Positions 37,161 through 49,384 of a stretch of DNA of 64,000 nucleotides are shown piece by piece. Both the position numbers and the translations under genes were made by a program. The notes beneath the pieces are model-generated. The model was not told the origin of the DNA. It did not search any database and saw only the letters and a program-made list of their open reading frames with translations. This stretch comes from Carcharhinus amblyrhynchos. Taxonomy: Eukaryota. The first letter of the stretch is position 1; every line of letters starts with the position of its first letter. Where the stretch lies: contig OZ336870.1 of the NCBI GenBank assembly GCA_965287045.1, positions 108,128,001 to 108,192,000 of the forward strand, written 5' to 3'.

Positions 37161-37989
37161 CAGAAAGGCAAAGGAGCAACATGGTGCAGGGCAGAGTATA
37201 AATTGGATTGAGATCGAGGAATCTATCTTGGGAGTCAGAGAAATGGTAAATCTGTAGGACAGCAGCTTAAGACAGGGGAATATAAATCAAGTCTGTCTGT
37301 GTGTTTCTTTTAGGTTAACCAAATAAATCAACAAATTGGGGGATATATCAAAAGGCAGCCCCATACAGGAATATTGCATCAAAGTAAAGAGAGTCTCAAA
37401 GGAAACTTAAAACATCAAACACACCAGTGCCCATGGTTCCTAGTGTGTGTGCATTTGTGTGTGCCTATGTGTGCGCGTGTTGTGCGAGCCTGTGTACATG
37501 CTTTGTTGTGTTTTAGAAAGTGCCCAAAAATCAGAACTGATTAATTAAATCTTCAATAAATGTAATTCAATATATTTCAAATACTGCATTATGATTCTAT
37601 TTATAGGAAAGCTTTCTTGTAGATAGAAATATACCTTTTGTTTAGCTGTGGGATGTCTTATTGTTTTCATATAATACATCAGTTATGAAATGGAAAGATA
37701 TGGTCTTACTATTCAAGATAATAATATTCAAGAATTATATTTGTAACATCTGTGCATGAATACTTACACATTCAGATTTTATCAAGGATGTTCTCTAGAG
37801 CTATCTGGCTATAGAATGGGAATTGTTTTGATAAAAGGGTGACAATAGACTAAGTATGTGCTGAGCTAATAAAACTATTTGACAGTCCGGTTTTAGCCCA
37901 CAATTTTGAGGCTCATTGAATATTATTATAATACCAAGCGGAGGAGTTACAACAGGAACCTGATGCTTGGCACACAAACACTGTTTAGA

Positions 37990-39100
37990 GGCATAGAGTA
38001 TTCGAGGTATACAACACGAAAAAAGGCCCTTTGGCCCATTGCACCTGCACCGGTCAAAGACAACCTGCTAACTATTCTAATCCCATTTTCCAGCATTTGG
38101 CCCATAGCCATGTGTGCCACGGAATCATAAGTGCACATCTAAATACTTCTTAAATATTAGGAGGTCTCTGCCTTCATCCCCTTTTCAGGCAGAGAGTTAC
38201 AGACCTCCACCACCCTTTGGGTGAAAAGTTTTTTTCTCACATCCCGTCTAAATCTCCTGCCCCGTACCTATGCTCTATAGACATTAATCCCTCCACCAAG
38301 GGGAAAAGTTTCTTCCTAATTGTTCCACTATGCCCCTCATAATTTTACACATCTCAATCATGTTCCCCCCTCAATCTCCTCTGCTCTGAGGAAAAACAAC
38401 TTCAGTCTATCCAATGGCTCTTCATAACCAAAATGCTACAGCCCACTCAACATTCTGGTAAATCTCATCTGCAACTTTTCCAATGCTATAACATCTCTCG
38501 TACGAGGTGGACTCCAGAACTGCACACAATACCCTAGCCGTGGCCGAAGCAACGTTTTAATTTAATTCCAGCATAACCTCCTTGTTCTTAAACTCCATGC
38601 CTCAGCTAATAAAGGCAAGAGTAGAATATGCCTTTTTAGCCACTTTATCCAGCTGTCCTGCTATCTTAAGGGACCTGTCCCTCTGATCCTCAGTGCTTCC
38701 CAGGGTCCTGTGTTCATCCTGTATTCCCTTGTCTTGTTTGTCCTGCCCAAATGCATCACCTCACACTTCTCCAGATTGAATTCCATTTGCTACTGATCAG
38801 CTGACCTGACTAGCATGTCCTGTAACCTAAGGCTACCCACCTCATTATTTACCACACATCAACTTTCATTTCTTCCATCAATTTTACTGATCAGCCCGCC
38901 TACATTTAAGTCTAAATCATTCATATAAACCACAGCCAGCAAAAGCCCCAATATTGATCCTTGTAGGATCCCACTGGATACAGAAAAACACCCCTCAGTT
39001 ATCACCCTCTGCTTCTTGCCACTCAGCCAATTTTCTCTGGATTCCATGGGATTTTACCTTCGCTATCAAACTCTCATGTGGGACCTTGTCAAAATGTTTA
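37990..39100 (-). mobile_element. Old CR1 RT/3' fragment
   Basis: FDKVPHE, QGSILG, NDLDLNVGGLISK motifs; frameshifted; CR1 tail at the left. Confidence 0.75.
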
Positions 39101-39310
39101 GAATTATTTTTGGTGGGGCAGTTGACACTTCCATGGAAAGTGTAGCATGCACTGCCTGACACACAGTGAATGGTTTGGAATGATTCGGGGACCAAGTGTA
39201 AGGGTGCACAGGATCTCAGACATGATATGAAGGTTCAGAAGTGGAGGGATGGCATGCAACTGCAGGGGAGGAGGAAGCAATTTTGCTGCTCTGTCCCTTT
39301 TTCCTGCAGT

Positions 39311-39382
39311 GGAGATACTGGAATTGGACTGGGGTAAATACTGTAAGAAGTCTCACATCAGCAGGTTAAAGTCTAACAAGTC
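39311..39382. mobile_element. Degenerate fragment of the same Penelope-derived element end
   Basis: ttggactggggtaaatactgtaagaagtctcacatcagcaggttaaagtctaac aligns to 7663-7716. Confidence 0.55.
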
Positions 39383-39843
39383 CTTTTTGCTGCATCAGCT
39401 GATGTTGCTCTGCCTGCCTTCATGTCCTCCCATTCCTCCTCCAGGCCAAAGGGTATCCTAGCAAAATGCCAATGATTAAGCACTGTCTTTCTCCTGGTGA
39501 CTCCGAGATCTAGTATAGTATAACGAGACTGGGATAATTATTAATATCATAGTAAAAGATACTCTGGGAAAAAATGACAATAATATAATTGAATTGCACA
39601 CTGAGATTTAGAGCGACACACTCAAATCTTAAATTTAAAACAATTTCATAGGAATGAGGGAAGAGCTGTTTAGATAGTATTCATTGTGTAAATAGACAGA
39701 GATGGAAGAACAGATTTTTCTTGTTTTAATGGAATTTTTTTTTTGGAACATTTTGAATAATTAAGAGGGCCTAAAGAATGCACTTTGAAAATCAAGGATC
39801 AGTCAAAGTCATGCTGTGGATATGCTGGCGTTGGACTGGGGTA

Positions 39844-42800
39844 GAGGACTGTAGACAGGGCTTTAAACTAATTAGGGGGGGGGAGGGTGCGAGGGTAGGT
39901 GACGCTACGAGGTCTAAAGTTAAGGATAGGGTACAGGTAAGGGAAGAGGCCGAGGATGTCCCAATTGGTGGCGTTACGGCAAATAGGGTCCAGGTGAAGG
40001 CTGGGATGAAAGCACTTTATCTGAATGCACGAAGCATTCGGAATAAAGTGGATGAGCTGGTGGCGCAGATCGACACAAATGGATACGATCTGGTGGCCAT
40101 TACAGAGACGTGGCTGCAAGGTGACAGGGACTGGGAGATGAATGTACAGGGCTATCAAGTGTTTAGGAAGGATAGGCAGGAGGAAAGAGGGGGTGGCGTA
40201 GCTCTGCTGATTAAGGATAGTATCAAGGTGGTAGCAAGGGATGATATCGGAGCCAAAGAGCAGAAAGTGGAATCGTTGTGGGTGGAGATTAGGAACAGCA
40301 AAGGGAGGAAGACGCTGGTGGGTGTCGTCTATAGGCCCCCGAATAATGATCTGGAGGTGGGGCGGGCTGTTAACACGCAAATAAGTGCGGCGTGCAGGAA
40401 TGGGACGGCAGTAGTTATGGGAGATTTCAATCTGCATATTGATTGGTCGACCCATGTTGGACGAGGTGGGCTCGAGGAGGAGTTCCTGGAATGCTGCCGG
40501 GATAATTTCCTTGAACAGTGTGTGTTGGAGCCGACGAGGGAGCGAGCTATCTTGGATCTGGTGCTATGTAATGAGGCGGGTAGAATTAGGGACCTTGCGG
40601 TGAAGGATCCTCTTGGAGAGAGTGATCATTGTATGGTGGAGTTTCTGGTGCAGATGGAGGAGGAGAAAGTGGGTTCCCGGACACGCGTCCTTTGTTTGAA
40701 TAGAGGGGAGTATGGTAGGATGAGAGAAGAATTGGCGAATGTGGACTGGGGGAGTGCGTTGGAAGGTAGGTCTGCTGAGGAGCAGTGGAGGATCTTTAAG
40801 GAGATCTTTCTTGGTGCTCAGCAGAAATTTATTCCGATGGTTAAAAAGGACAGTAGGAAGAGAGGTAATAAGCCGTGGATAACGAAGGAGGTGAAGGAAA
40901 GTGTTAAATTAAAAGCGGAGGAATTTAGAGTAGCTAAGAGTAGTGGGCGAGAAGAGGATTGGGAAAGGTTTAAATGTCAACAAAGATTGACAAAGAAGTT
41001 GATAAAGGAGGGTAGGAGAAGCTATGAGGCTGGGCTAGCACTTAATATAAAAAAGGATAGCAAGAGTTTTTATAAATATATAAAAAGGAAGAGGCTGGCT
41101 AGGGTGAACGTTGGTCCTTTAGAGGATGAGAAAGGGGAGCTAGTGGTAGGGGATGGGGATATGGCTAAGGTCTTGAATAACTTTTTTGTTTCTGTCTTCA
41201 CGGAGGAGGACGTGAATAATTTGCCGGGTGTTAGCGATGGAAAGGTGGTAGGAATGGAGGGTCTTAATGACATTACTGTTACTAGAGAGGTGGTGCTCGA
41301 CAGACTGGAGGGGCTGATTGTGGACAAGTCCCCAGGACCGGATGGAATGCATCCGAGGGTTCTGAAAGAAATGGCGGAGGTGATAGTGGATGCCTTGGTG
41401 GTTATTTTCCAGACGTCGCTGGATTCCGGGGAAGTGCCGGAAGATTGGAAAACGGCTAATGTTACGCCGTTGTTTAAGAAGGGTGCCAGGCAAAAGGCGG
41501 GGAATTATAGGCCGGTTAGTTTAACGTCTGTGGTAGGTAAAATGTTAGAATCCGTCATTAAGCAGGAAATTGCGAGGCATCTTGAAGGGAATTGCTTGAT
41601 AGGGCGGACGCAACACGGTTTCATTAAAGGGAAGTCGTGTCTGACAAATTTACTGGAGTTCTATGAGGATGTGTCTAGGGCAGTGGATAGAGGAGAGCCG
41701 GTGGATGTGGTCTTTCTGGATTTTCAGAAGGCGTTTGACAAGGTACCTCACAAGAGGTTATTGCAGAAGGTCAGGGGACATGGAGTTGGGGGTAGGGTGT
41801 TAGCGTGGATAGAGGATTGGTTGTCAAATAGGAGGCAGAGAGTGGGGGTCAATGGGTGCTATTCGGATTGGCGGTTGGTGACTAGTGGGGTGCCCCAGGG
41901 GTCGGTGCTGGGGCCTCAGCTATTTACCATTTATATAGATGATCTGGAGGAGGGAACCGAGTGCAGGGTGTCGAAATTTGCTGATGACACCAAGATTGGG
42001 GGAAAGGCAAATTGTGCGGAGGGTTTGGAGAGTCTGCAGAAGGATCTAGATAGGCTGGGCGAATGGGCCAGGAAATGGCAAATGGAATTTAATGTTGGCA
42101 AGTGTGAGGTGGTCCACTTTGGTAGGAATAATGGTAGGAAGGACTATTACTTACGTGGCGAAAAACTGCAGCAGGCGACGGTGCAGAGGGACCTCGGGGT
42201 CCTTGTGCATGAGTCGCAAAAACCCAGCTTGCAGGTGCAGCAGGTGGTCAGGAAGGCGAATGGGATGCTGGCCTTCATAGCGAGGGGGATTGAATATAAA
42301 AGTAGGGAGGTCTTGCTGCAGCTGTATAGGGCATTGGTGAGGCCGCAGCTGGAGTACTGTGTGCAGTTTTGGGCGCCGCACCTGCGCAAGGATATTTTGG
42401 CCCTGGAGGGAGTGCAGAGGAGGTTTACTAGGCTGATACCGGAGTTGAGGGGATTGAGCTATGAGGAGAGGCTGAATAAACTAGGCTTGTACTCGTTAGA
42501 GTTTAGAAGAATGAGGGGAGATCTCATTGAGACGTATAAGATGATGAATGGGATGGATAGGATAGAGGTGGAGAGACTCTTCCCGCTCAAAAAAGACAGT
42601 AGGACTAGGGGGCACAGCCTCAAGATAAAGGGGAGGCGGTTTAGAACGGAGTTGAGGAAGAACTTCTTCACTCAAAGGGTGGTGAATCTCTGGAATTCTC
42701 TGCCCGTTGAAGTGGTGGACGCTGCCTCGCTAAATATTTTTAAGAAGCGGGTTGATGGGTTCTTGATAAGAGAGGGGATTAAGGGTTATGGGGAGAGGGC

Positions 42801-42916
42801 GGGAAAGTGGAACTGAGCCACAACAGATCAGCCATGATCTTATTGAATGGTGGGGCAGGCTCGAAGGGCTAGATGGCCTACTCCTGCTCCTATTTCTTAT
42901 GTTCTTATGTTCTTAT
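39844..42916 (+). mobile_element. Young CR1 LINE, 5'-truncated (no ORF1) with complete intact ORF2
   Basis: Uninterrupted APE+RT frame; (TTCTTATG)n tail; GTA at both junctions inside a Penelope-derived element. Confidence 0.95.
40006..42816 (+). CDS. CR1 ORF2: APE endonuclease plus reverse transcriptase (936 aa from MKALYLNARS)
   Basis: YLNARSI, ITETWL, GDFN, LDL, SDH (APE); [33 protein letters not shown] (RT). The start codon is inferred. Confidence 0.88.
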   Translation: MKALYLNARSIRNKVDELVAQIDTNGYDLVAITETWLQGDRDWEMNVQGYQVFRKDRQEERGGGVALLIKDSIKVVARDDIGAKEQKVESLWVEIRNSKGRKTLVGVVYRPPNNDLEVGRAVNTQISAACRNGTAVVMGDFNLHIDWSTHVGRGGLEEEFLECCRDNFLEQCVLEPTRERAILDLVLCNEAGRIRDLAVKDPLGESDHCMVEFLVQMEEEKVGSRTRVLCLNRGEYGRMREELANVDWGSALEGRSAEEQWRIFKEIFLGAQQKFIPMVKKDSRKRGNKPWITKEVKESVKLKAEEFRVAKSSGREEDWERFKCQQRLTKKLIKEGRRSYEAGLALNIKKDSKSFYKYIKRKRLARVNVGPLEDEKGELVVGDGDMAKVLNNFFVSVFTEEDVNNLPGVSDGKVVGMEGLNDITVTREVVLDRLEGLIVDKSPGPDGMHPRVLKEMAEVIVDALVVIFQTSLDSGEVPEDWKTANVTPLFKKGARQKAGNYRPVSLTSVVGKMLESVIKQEIARHLEGNCLIGRTQHGFIKGKSCLTNLLEFYEDVSRAVDRGEPVDVVFLDFQKAFDKVPHKRLLQKVRGHGVGGRVLAWIEDWLSNRRQRVGVNGCYSDWRLVTSGVPQGSVLGPQLFTIYIDDLEEGTECRVSKFADDTKIGGKANCAEGLESLQKDLDRLGEWARKWQMEFNVGKCEVVHFGRNNGRKDYYLRGEKLQQATVQRDLGVLVHESQKPSLQVQQVVRKANGMLAFIARGIEYKSREVLLQLYRALVRPQLEYCVQFWAPHLRKDILALEGVQRRFTRLIPELRGLSYEERLNKLGLYSLEFRRMRGDLIETYKMMNGMDRIEVERLFPLKKDSRTRGHSLKIKGRRFRTELRKNFFTQRVVNLWNSLPVEVVDAASLNIFKKRVDGFLIREGIKGYGERAGKWN

Positions 42917-43061
42917 GTAAACACAGTAAAAAGTCTGACAACACCAGGTTTAAGTCCAACTGATTTATTTGATACTATCAAGTGCCATTTATAGAATGAT
43001 TTATTTGATACTATCAAATAAATCGGTTGGACTTAAACCTGGTGTCATCAGACTTTTTACT
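42917..43061. mobile_element. Second, internally deleted copy of the same Penelope-derived inverted-repeat element; its left end (about 39819-39843) is displaced by a CR1 insertion
   Basis: Arms AGTAAAAAGTCTGACAACACCAGG...TTTGATA and their reverse complement are near-identical to 7680-7730. Confidence 0.75.
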
Positions 43062-43391
43062 CAGTCAAAGTCAACATGGTTTTGCAGAAGAGGAATGGTG
43101 TTTATCAAATTTATTAGTGTTGAAGGTGCAACTTGTACAGAAGATAAAGAAGAGTTGACAGATGGAATGTGTTTGGATTTTCAAAAGGTTTTCAATAAGG
43201 TCCACACAAAAGGTTAATACACAAGTGCTCAGAGAGCTGGCGGTAATATCGAGATCCAAGTGGTCAACGACAAGAAGCAAAGAGTAATGATTAATGGGGC
43301 ATTTTTAGGTTGGCAGGCTGTAATTAGTGGAGTGCCACAAGGATCAGTGCTACAGCCTCAGCTATTTACAATCCATACTAATGATTTACAT

Positions 43392-44010
43392 CAGAGGTCT
43401 CTGATTTACATCAGAGGTCCAGGGGCTATATCTGGCCCGCAGCCAGTGGGGTGGGATTCCCGCTACTGAAAACATTCCCGTGTCTGGAAGCCTGCCACTG
43501 ACTCAGGACCCAGTCACGGGGATGGAAGCCACAGGCCGGACAGTTGCTGCCACTCTGCATGGTATCTGATGGACCCATGGGAATCCCCGCCCCATTTACC
43601 AGCCTATTGTCCAATCAGAGCTGCCATCCTGTGACTGATAGTTCATTAAACAAATCAGCAGTTGAGCCATCTGTTTTCCAATTGCTGCTCTGCGTTGACT
43701 GAGTGACAGCTGCTTTATCCAATCCGAAATGATCAAGAACAATGACGATGGCAATTCAGACCAATTGTAGAGCGATGTGCCCAGCACAATACCCACATTA
43801 TGATTGACATCCATTGCAGCCAATTGCCATGCACTGTTGTAATACAGTCACCAATCGCAATGAAGTTAAAATTATTTGGCACCCTTTTTTAGAAAAATAA
43901 CTTTATTATAAAAATAACGTCCTAACTTTAGAACCTTTTTTTTCTTTGGCTCACGAAAATGTGTAAAATATATGATGTGGCCCTTGTACTGAAAAGTTTG
44001 GAGACCCCTG
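43392..44010. mobile_element. hAT (Charlie-like) non-autonomous DNA transposon
   Basis: Termini CAGAGGTCTC / GAGACCCCTG; tggcccgc subterminal motif; imperfect 8-bp TSD ATTTACAT / ATTTAAAC. Confidence 0.6.
43448..43594. mobile_element. Small MITE (PIF/Harbinger-like termini) nested in the hAT element
   Basis: Terminal inverted repeats gggtgggattccc / gggaatccccgccc. Confidence 0.5.
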
Positions 44011-45844
44011 ATTTAAACTAAAGTGATTGTGAATAATGTATCCAAGTTTGTGAGTGGTAGAGTTAGGTGGAAATGTAAGTTGTGAGAAGGACAAAAAAAA
44101 GAAATTTAATGCCGTCTCCTGAGGGGAATTTAATCACGGCTGTTCCTTCACGCATTTATGTTTCAGGTTCTGTTTAGCTTAGCATTCTGTGACTGGGAGA
44201 AGCACAGGATCACAAGATAGTTACAGGTTAGCAAGGCCATTTGGTCCATTTTAATCCATAAAATGTAAAGGTAAAAATCAGCAACAAACCCCAGTTTTCC
44301 AGTACTATCATCAATATTTTTGATGGGGATCCATTTTTCAGCAAGTTATTCCATTTCATCCCAGCCATTTATGCTTAGGAGGGGTGGCATGTTCCACCCA
44401 CTCTTTGAAGTACTCTGCAAATGAAACTTCAATTGACTACTACCTTCCAATAATTGAGCTTTATGACCAAGTTTGATTTCTTCCTTCTTCCAGTTAAGAG
44501 CATGAAGATTTATCCTTGAGGGGAAACTGAGAGAATGATTGTTACCCTCTTAAAACATGTTTACCTCAATCCCTGATTTACATTATAATCTTTTACATAA
44601 ACTTGGTGACATCTTGGGACTATGACATCATGGTAAAATTGAGCTCAAGCCTGGGAAGATTGTACTGGAAAAGACAAATAATAACATTTCCTTCATCAGC
44701 CTTAGCTATTGGCAAATCAACATATTAGGCTGAAAGCTGCTGATAAGTTCTGTGTTGTTGCTGAAGGATTGAGAGAAACTGAAGATTAAATTGAATTGAA
44801 CTAAGTTGTCTCTGTACATCGTCTTGTTTGCGTCACAATGCAAAATGGCACAAAACTGGCTCTGTATTGGAGCAGGCAAGAAGAAGAATAATTTGAAAGC
44901 AGATCACAAGCCTCATTAAAATCTGGGCAGTCAGCACTCTTGGTGTCAGCCTGCCTTTCTCTTTCAAGGCTGCCAGCTCCTGATCCATACAGCCAGCTTT
45001 TTTTCTCATTTCCATTTCACATCAGCCTTATGCTCCACTGCCTCAGTTATTCACACATTTCGCTATCTCTTCAATGTCTTTAATCTGTTATACAACGCAT
45101 CTTTCCTATCATACCATTTTCAATTTTCTTCAGCTGTTTAACCACCTTGTTTCTCTTTTAAACACTTTGCTGATCATTCTATTCTATTGCACGTCTATGA
45201 TTTTGAATCTATCCCTTTCTCTTTGTACTGTTCCTTTTTAAGGGGCATTCATCTATAACTGATAAACATCTACACACTAAAGATTGGGTTGTCTCTCGTA
45301 TCTCATGCCAGACACCATTAGTCAGATATCTCTTTTGTACTCATTTATTCTGCAACTTGCTTGAAACATTATGCTGTGGTACAGGCAAAACATTAGTGAA
45401 TGGCTGGACCAACCCCCTTAAACCGACAAAATTTAAGGAGCGAGAAGGAGGGTGAGTTAAAGTTAAATTGGGTACAGAAAGTCAAATAAAGAGAAGGAAA
45501 GAAATATTGGATTGAGAGAGAAAAAAAGAGACAGGAAGGAGGTAAGAAATACATTTAAAAATAATTAAGCCTCAAAGACTTCTCACTACTCGAAAGAATG
45601 AAACTTTAAAGTTTCAAGTGCTCCCTTTCTGGGACACAGAGTTTGCCTGGTATTGCATCAACAATTATTATTTTGTTAAAAGGATATTCCTACTCTTAAT
45701 TACAAAGCTTGATGGTCTGAGCTCGTTGGGCAATTAATGTGCAAATCTAGCAAGCTCTCGTAAACGAGGAGCGGTTAAGGGTGAGATGCTGCGTGAGCAA
45801 AGCAAAGAGGGAGTGGCCGAAATCAATCAGCAAGTTAAATAGCA

Positions 45845-46175
45845 ACATAGAAACTAGGAGCATGAGTAGGCCATTCAGCTCTTCAAGCCTGCTCACCCAT
45901 TCATTATGGTCATAGCTGATCATCAAATTCAATTTTCTTCTACCCCCATATCTCTTGATCCTGTTAACCCCAAGAGCTATATCTAATTTCTTTTTGAAAT
46001 CACAGGCCTCAACTACATTCTGTGTAACTGAGTTCCACCCATTCACCACCCTTTGGGTGACAAAATTTCTCCTCATTTCAGTTCTAAAATGTTTACTCTT
46101 TATCCTCAAACTAGGGTTCTGGACTCCCCCCACCATCAGGAACATTATTTCTGGATCTACCTTGCCTAACCCTGT
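45845..46175 (-). mobile_element. CR1 3' fragment
   Basis: FRTEMRRNFVTQRVVNGWNS and CR1 tail. Confidence 0.75.
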
Positions 46176-46369
46176 TCTAGAGATTCTAGGAATTCAAGTT
46201 GGTGCAGTGGATTAGAACATGATATTTCCTGAGAATTTGGAAACTTGTCATGTCAGTTGGACAGAAGTCTGAGACTTTGGTCTTGAATATAATCTCATGT
46301 GGTGAAAACTTAATTTACAGTACTTCTCAGAAAGAACACTGGATGTGTTTCTGTTTGGGGCAAAGATTT

Positions 46370-46852
46370 TAAAGTTTACTTATTAGTGTCACAAGTAGGC
46401 TTACATTAACACTGCAATGAATTTATTGTGAAAATACCTAGTCACCACACTTTGGTACCTGTTTGGGTACACTGAGGCAAAATTTAGCATGGCCAATGTA
46501 CCTAACCAGTGCTGTGGGAGGAAACCGGAGCATCTAGAGGAAACCCACACAGATATGGGGAGAATGTGCAAACTGTGTGCAGATAGTGACCCAAGGCCGG
46601 AACTGAATGTGGGTCCCTGGAGCTGTGAGGCAGTAGTGTTAACCACTGTGACACCGTGCCACCCATGTATCACTTTTACAAGAGACATGTGCCTTAGAAA
46701 CATAGAATCCTACAGTGCAGAAAGAGGCCAATCAGCCCATGGAACCTGCACTGACCACAATCCCACCCAGGCCCTACCCCCACATCCCTACACATTTTAC
46801 CTGCTAATCCTGCTAATGTACACATCTCAGGACACTAAGGGGCAATTTTAGC
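46370..46852 (-). repeat. Two V-SINE copies (full 46370-46663; partial 46695-46852)
   Basis: Reverse-complement V domain and tails. Confidence 0.8.
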
Positions 46853-47304
46853 CAATTAACCAAATGTAAATCAGAAACAATATGATCTCCTGAATTGGTT
46901 CCGATCATTCACTGGGCTCGGAGAGGAACTTTTCTGATTTTCTGCCCCAGTGTGGCTTTATCTACATTTTTCGCTTCTCTCAGCCAGTTTCACGGCTCCT
47001 AATGGGTAGAAATTCTCAACTACATGGGATAGACTTATGTGGTCTTTCTTTAGCCATCATTTTCATTTGCTCTTATGTATACTCTAAGTGAAATGAGCTC
47101 GAGACAAGTTAATTAATTTTTTTGTGGATTTGAATCTGCAAAACCTGGATTTTGACTGCCTTCCTCCTAAAATAACTGTTTCTGTTATAGTGCAAATTAC
47201 CTGGTTGATTTTTGTCCGATGTGCATTGCAATTGGCAGAATTACAAACATGATTAGACTACTCAAAGCTAGATTGAATTTTCTGACAGAATTTGGGTATA
47301 GTAA

Positions 47305-47800
47305 AATCTGAATTCAGATCATTAGTTCGACCCCACCTCGACCCCTTTGCTTTTATTTCATTTAATTTTTAACTGTTCTCTTCCTTTTTGCTTACTTTAT
47401 TTTTCTTCTCCCCCATTTTTTTCTCCCATTTTATCCCCATTCCCTTACCTTATCTCCCATTTTCCTCCCCTTTGCCCCCTTTTTCTCAATTTTACCTCTT
47501 TTCCCACCCATCTCCCCTCACTCCACATCTTCATCTGTCACAGCTCACCTTCTGATTTCAGCTTCTCTGCTGTTTGGCCATTCACACCTTTTATTGTCTT
47601 TATGGACTGCCATTAGCAGCCTTTCTCCTTGTTTCTGTGGCTATGACTCATCTTTCATTCCCTCGCGCTGCCGTATAAATATCACCCATTTTCAATGCCT
47701 TTTAGCTTTGACAAAGGGGCATCTGGACTTGAAACGTCACCTCTTTTCTCTCCTTAAAGATGCTGCCTAACCTGCTGAGATTTTCCAGCATTTTCTCTTT
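47305..47800 (+). mobile_element. Penelope-like 3' end/pseudo-LTR with a decayed hammerhead-like motif
   Basis: Pyrimidine-rich tract, then tttgacaaagggg...ttgaaacgtca and gatgctgcctaacctgctgagattttccagcattttc. Confidence 0.6.
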
Positions 47801-47814
47801 TGGATCCCTATCCC

Positions 47815-48580
47815 TATACTCAAATCCTCTCGCTTAGTAGGTCAACATACCATTTGCCTTCTTTACCGACTGCTGTACCTGCATGCTTACTTTCAGGAAC
47901 TGACGTACAAGTGCACCAAGGTCTTGCTGAGTATCCACATCACTCAATTTATACCCATTCAAGTAATAATCTGAAGGTTGAAAAAGTCTTTAAAGTATAT
48001 GGGATCCTGGACTTCATAAATAGGAACATGGAGTATTAAATCAAACAAGTGTTGATAAACCTGCATAAAACACTGGTTCGACCTCAACCGGATTATTGTG
48101 CCCAGTTCTGAGTGCCAAGGTTTAGTAAGGACACAAATACATTAAAGAGGGTGCAGAAAAGATTCACATGGATGGTTTGAGCCTTGAGAAACTTCAGTTA
48201 CTTGGATAGTTTGACAAAGCTGAAGCTATTCTCCTCGAAGAGAAGGTTAAGAGGATATTTAAAAGGGGCATTCAAAATCATGAGGAGGCTGGACAGAATG
48301 GATAAGGAGAAACTATTCCTACTGGTGTAAGGGTTGAGAATCAGAGGACAAAGATTCAAGGCGATTGACAATCGCGACATGAGGAAAACTTTTTTTACGC
48401 AGTGAGTGGTTAGGATCTGGAGTGCATTGCCTGAAAGAGCAGATTGATGGATGCAGACTCAATGGAGGCATTCAAAAGAAGATTGGATTGACAAGAAATA
48501 GGGGCGAATAGATGGCGGAATGGGGCTGAGTAAATTACCCTTGCAGAGAGAGACAGCACTAACACGATGGGCTGAATAGT
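47815..48580. mobile_element. Two abutting CR1 fragments (minus 47815-47970, plus 47975-48580)
   Basis: Plus part: YGILDFINR, KTLVRPQ, RVQKRFT, FFTQ. Minus part matches the DLG/VQQ..KANGML region. Confidence 0.65.
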
Positions 48581-48809
48581 GAGAAATTAACTGGGATATT
48601 TATCAGTAAATATATTTAACGGAACTTTGTCTGTAAAATTAAACTGCAAGCCTAAATTTAGCATTCATCAACAGAAATGCTATTTCCATTTTATTTAATC
48701 TTGTATTTATTTCCCAACTCTAGTTATTTTGATGGCATGTATTTGGATTAGCTAAGGGTGGGGTAGCACACCCTTCTCTGTGGAGTATTGCAGCATTCTT
48801 GTCTTTTTA

Positions 48810-49032
48810 AAAAAATATTTGTTCGGGGATGTGGGTGTCACTGGCTGGGCCAGTATTTGTTGCTCAACAATGATTTCATGGTCATCATCAGACTTCAACG
48901 CCAGAATTTTCCTAAATTCAAGTTTCACCATCTGGCATGGTGGGATTTAAACCCGGATCCTCAAAGCATTACCCCAGGTCCCTGGACATTACCCTGAGTC
49001 CAGTGACAACAACAATACACCACTGCCTCCCC
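48810..49032 (-). repeat. Second tRNA-derived SINE family, internally deleted
   Basis: Reverse complement of the head (cactgcctcc, ggtgggatttaaacccgg) and a tail shared with the LINE at 22808. Confidence 0.65.
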
Positions 49033-49384
49033 TTCTTGTTTAAGTGTAATTAATTAATTTTAAATGTAATTGTTAATTATCTGAAGAACTTTTAAGATTC
49101 ATTCTTAAAATATCCAAAGAGCACAAACAGAAAAACTCACCTTATAGCTGAAATTGAGAAATTAAATGCACTTTTGAAAAATGACCACAAGATGGAGGTA
49201 TTTTCCAAATCATAGAATTTTTAAACCGTGGTAGGACTTGGAATCTGAAATGAAACAGAGAATATTGGATTTACACAGGAAAAGAAAAATGACAGGCTAA
49301 AATCTTGCTTCCAGAGGAAGAGTCATAACTGGAAACTGGAAAATACAAATGTTTTTAAATGTGGCTGAATAAAGCTAAAGAGTC

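Larger units (their letters stand above)
43065..44095 (+). mobile_element. Old CR1 RT fragment split by a hAT element
   Basis: LDFQKVFNKV and [20 protein letters not shown] before 43391; NVSKF...LGGNVSCE after 44010. Confidence 0.65.

Noticed and set aside
37440-37500. Degenerate (TG)n tract
   Set aside because: Ordinary decayed microsatellite.
39778-40005. N-terminal extension of the 1012-aa ORF as a real protein domain
   Set aside because: The first ~22 codons are flanking and PLE sequence fused by chance to a truncated CR1; the rest is CR1 sequence upstream of the probable ORF2 start.
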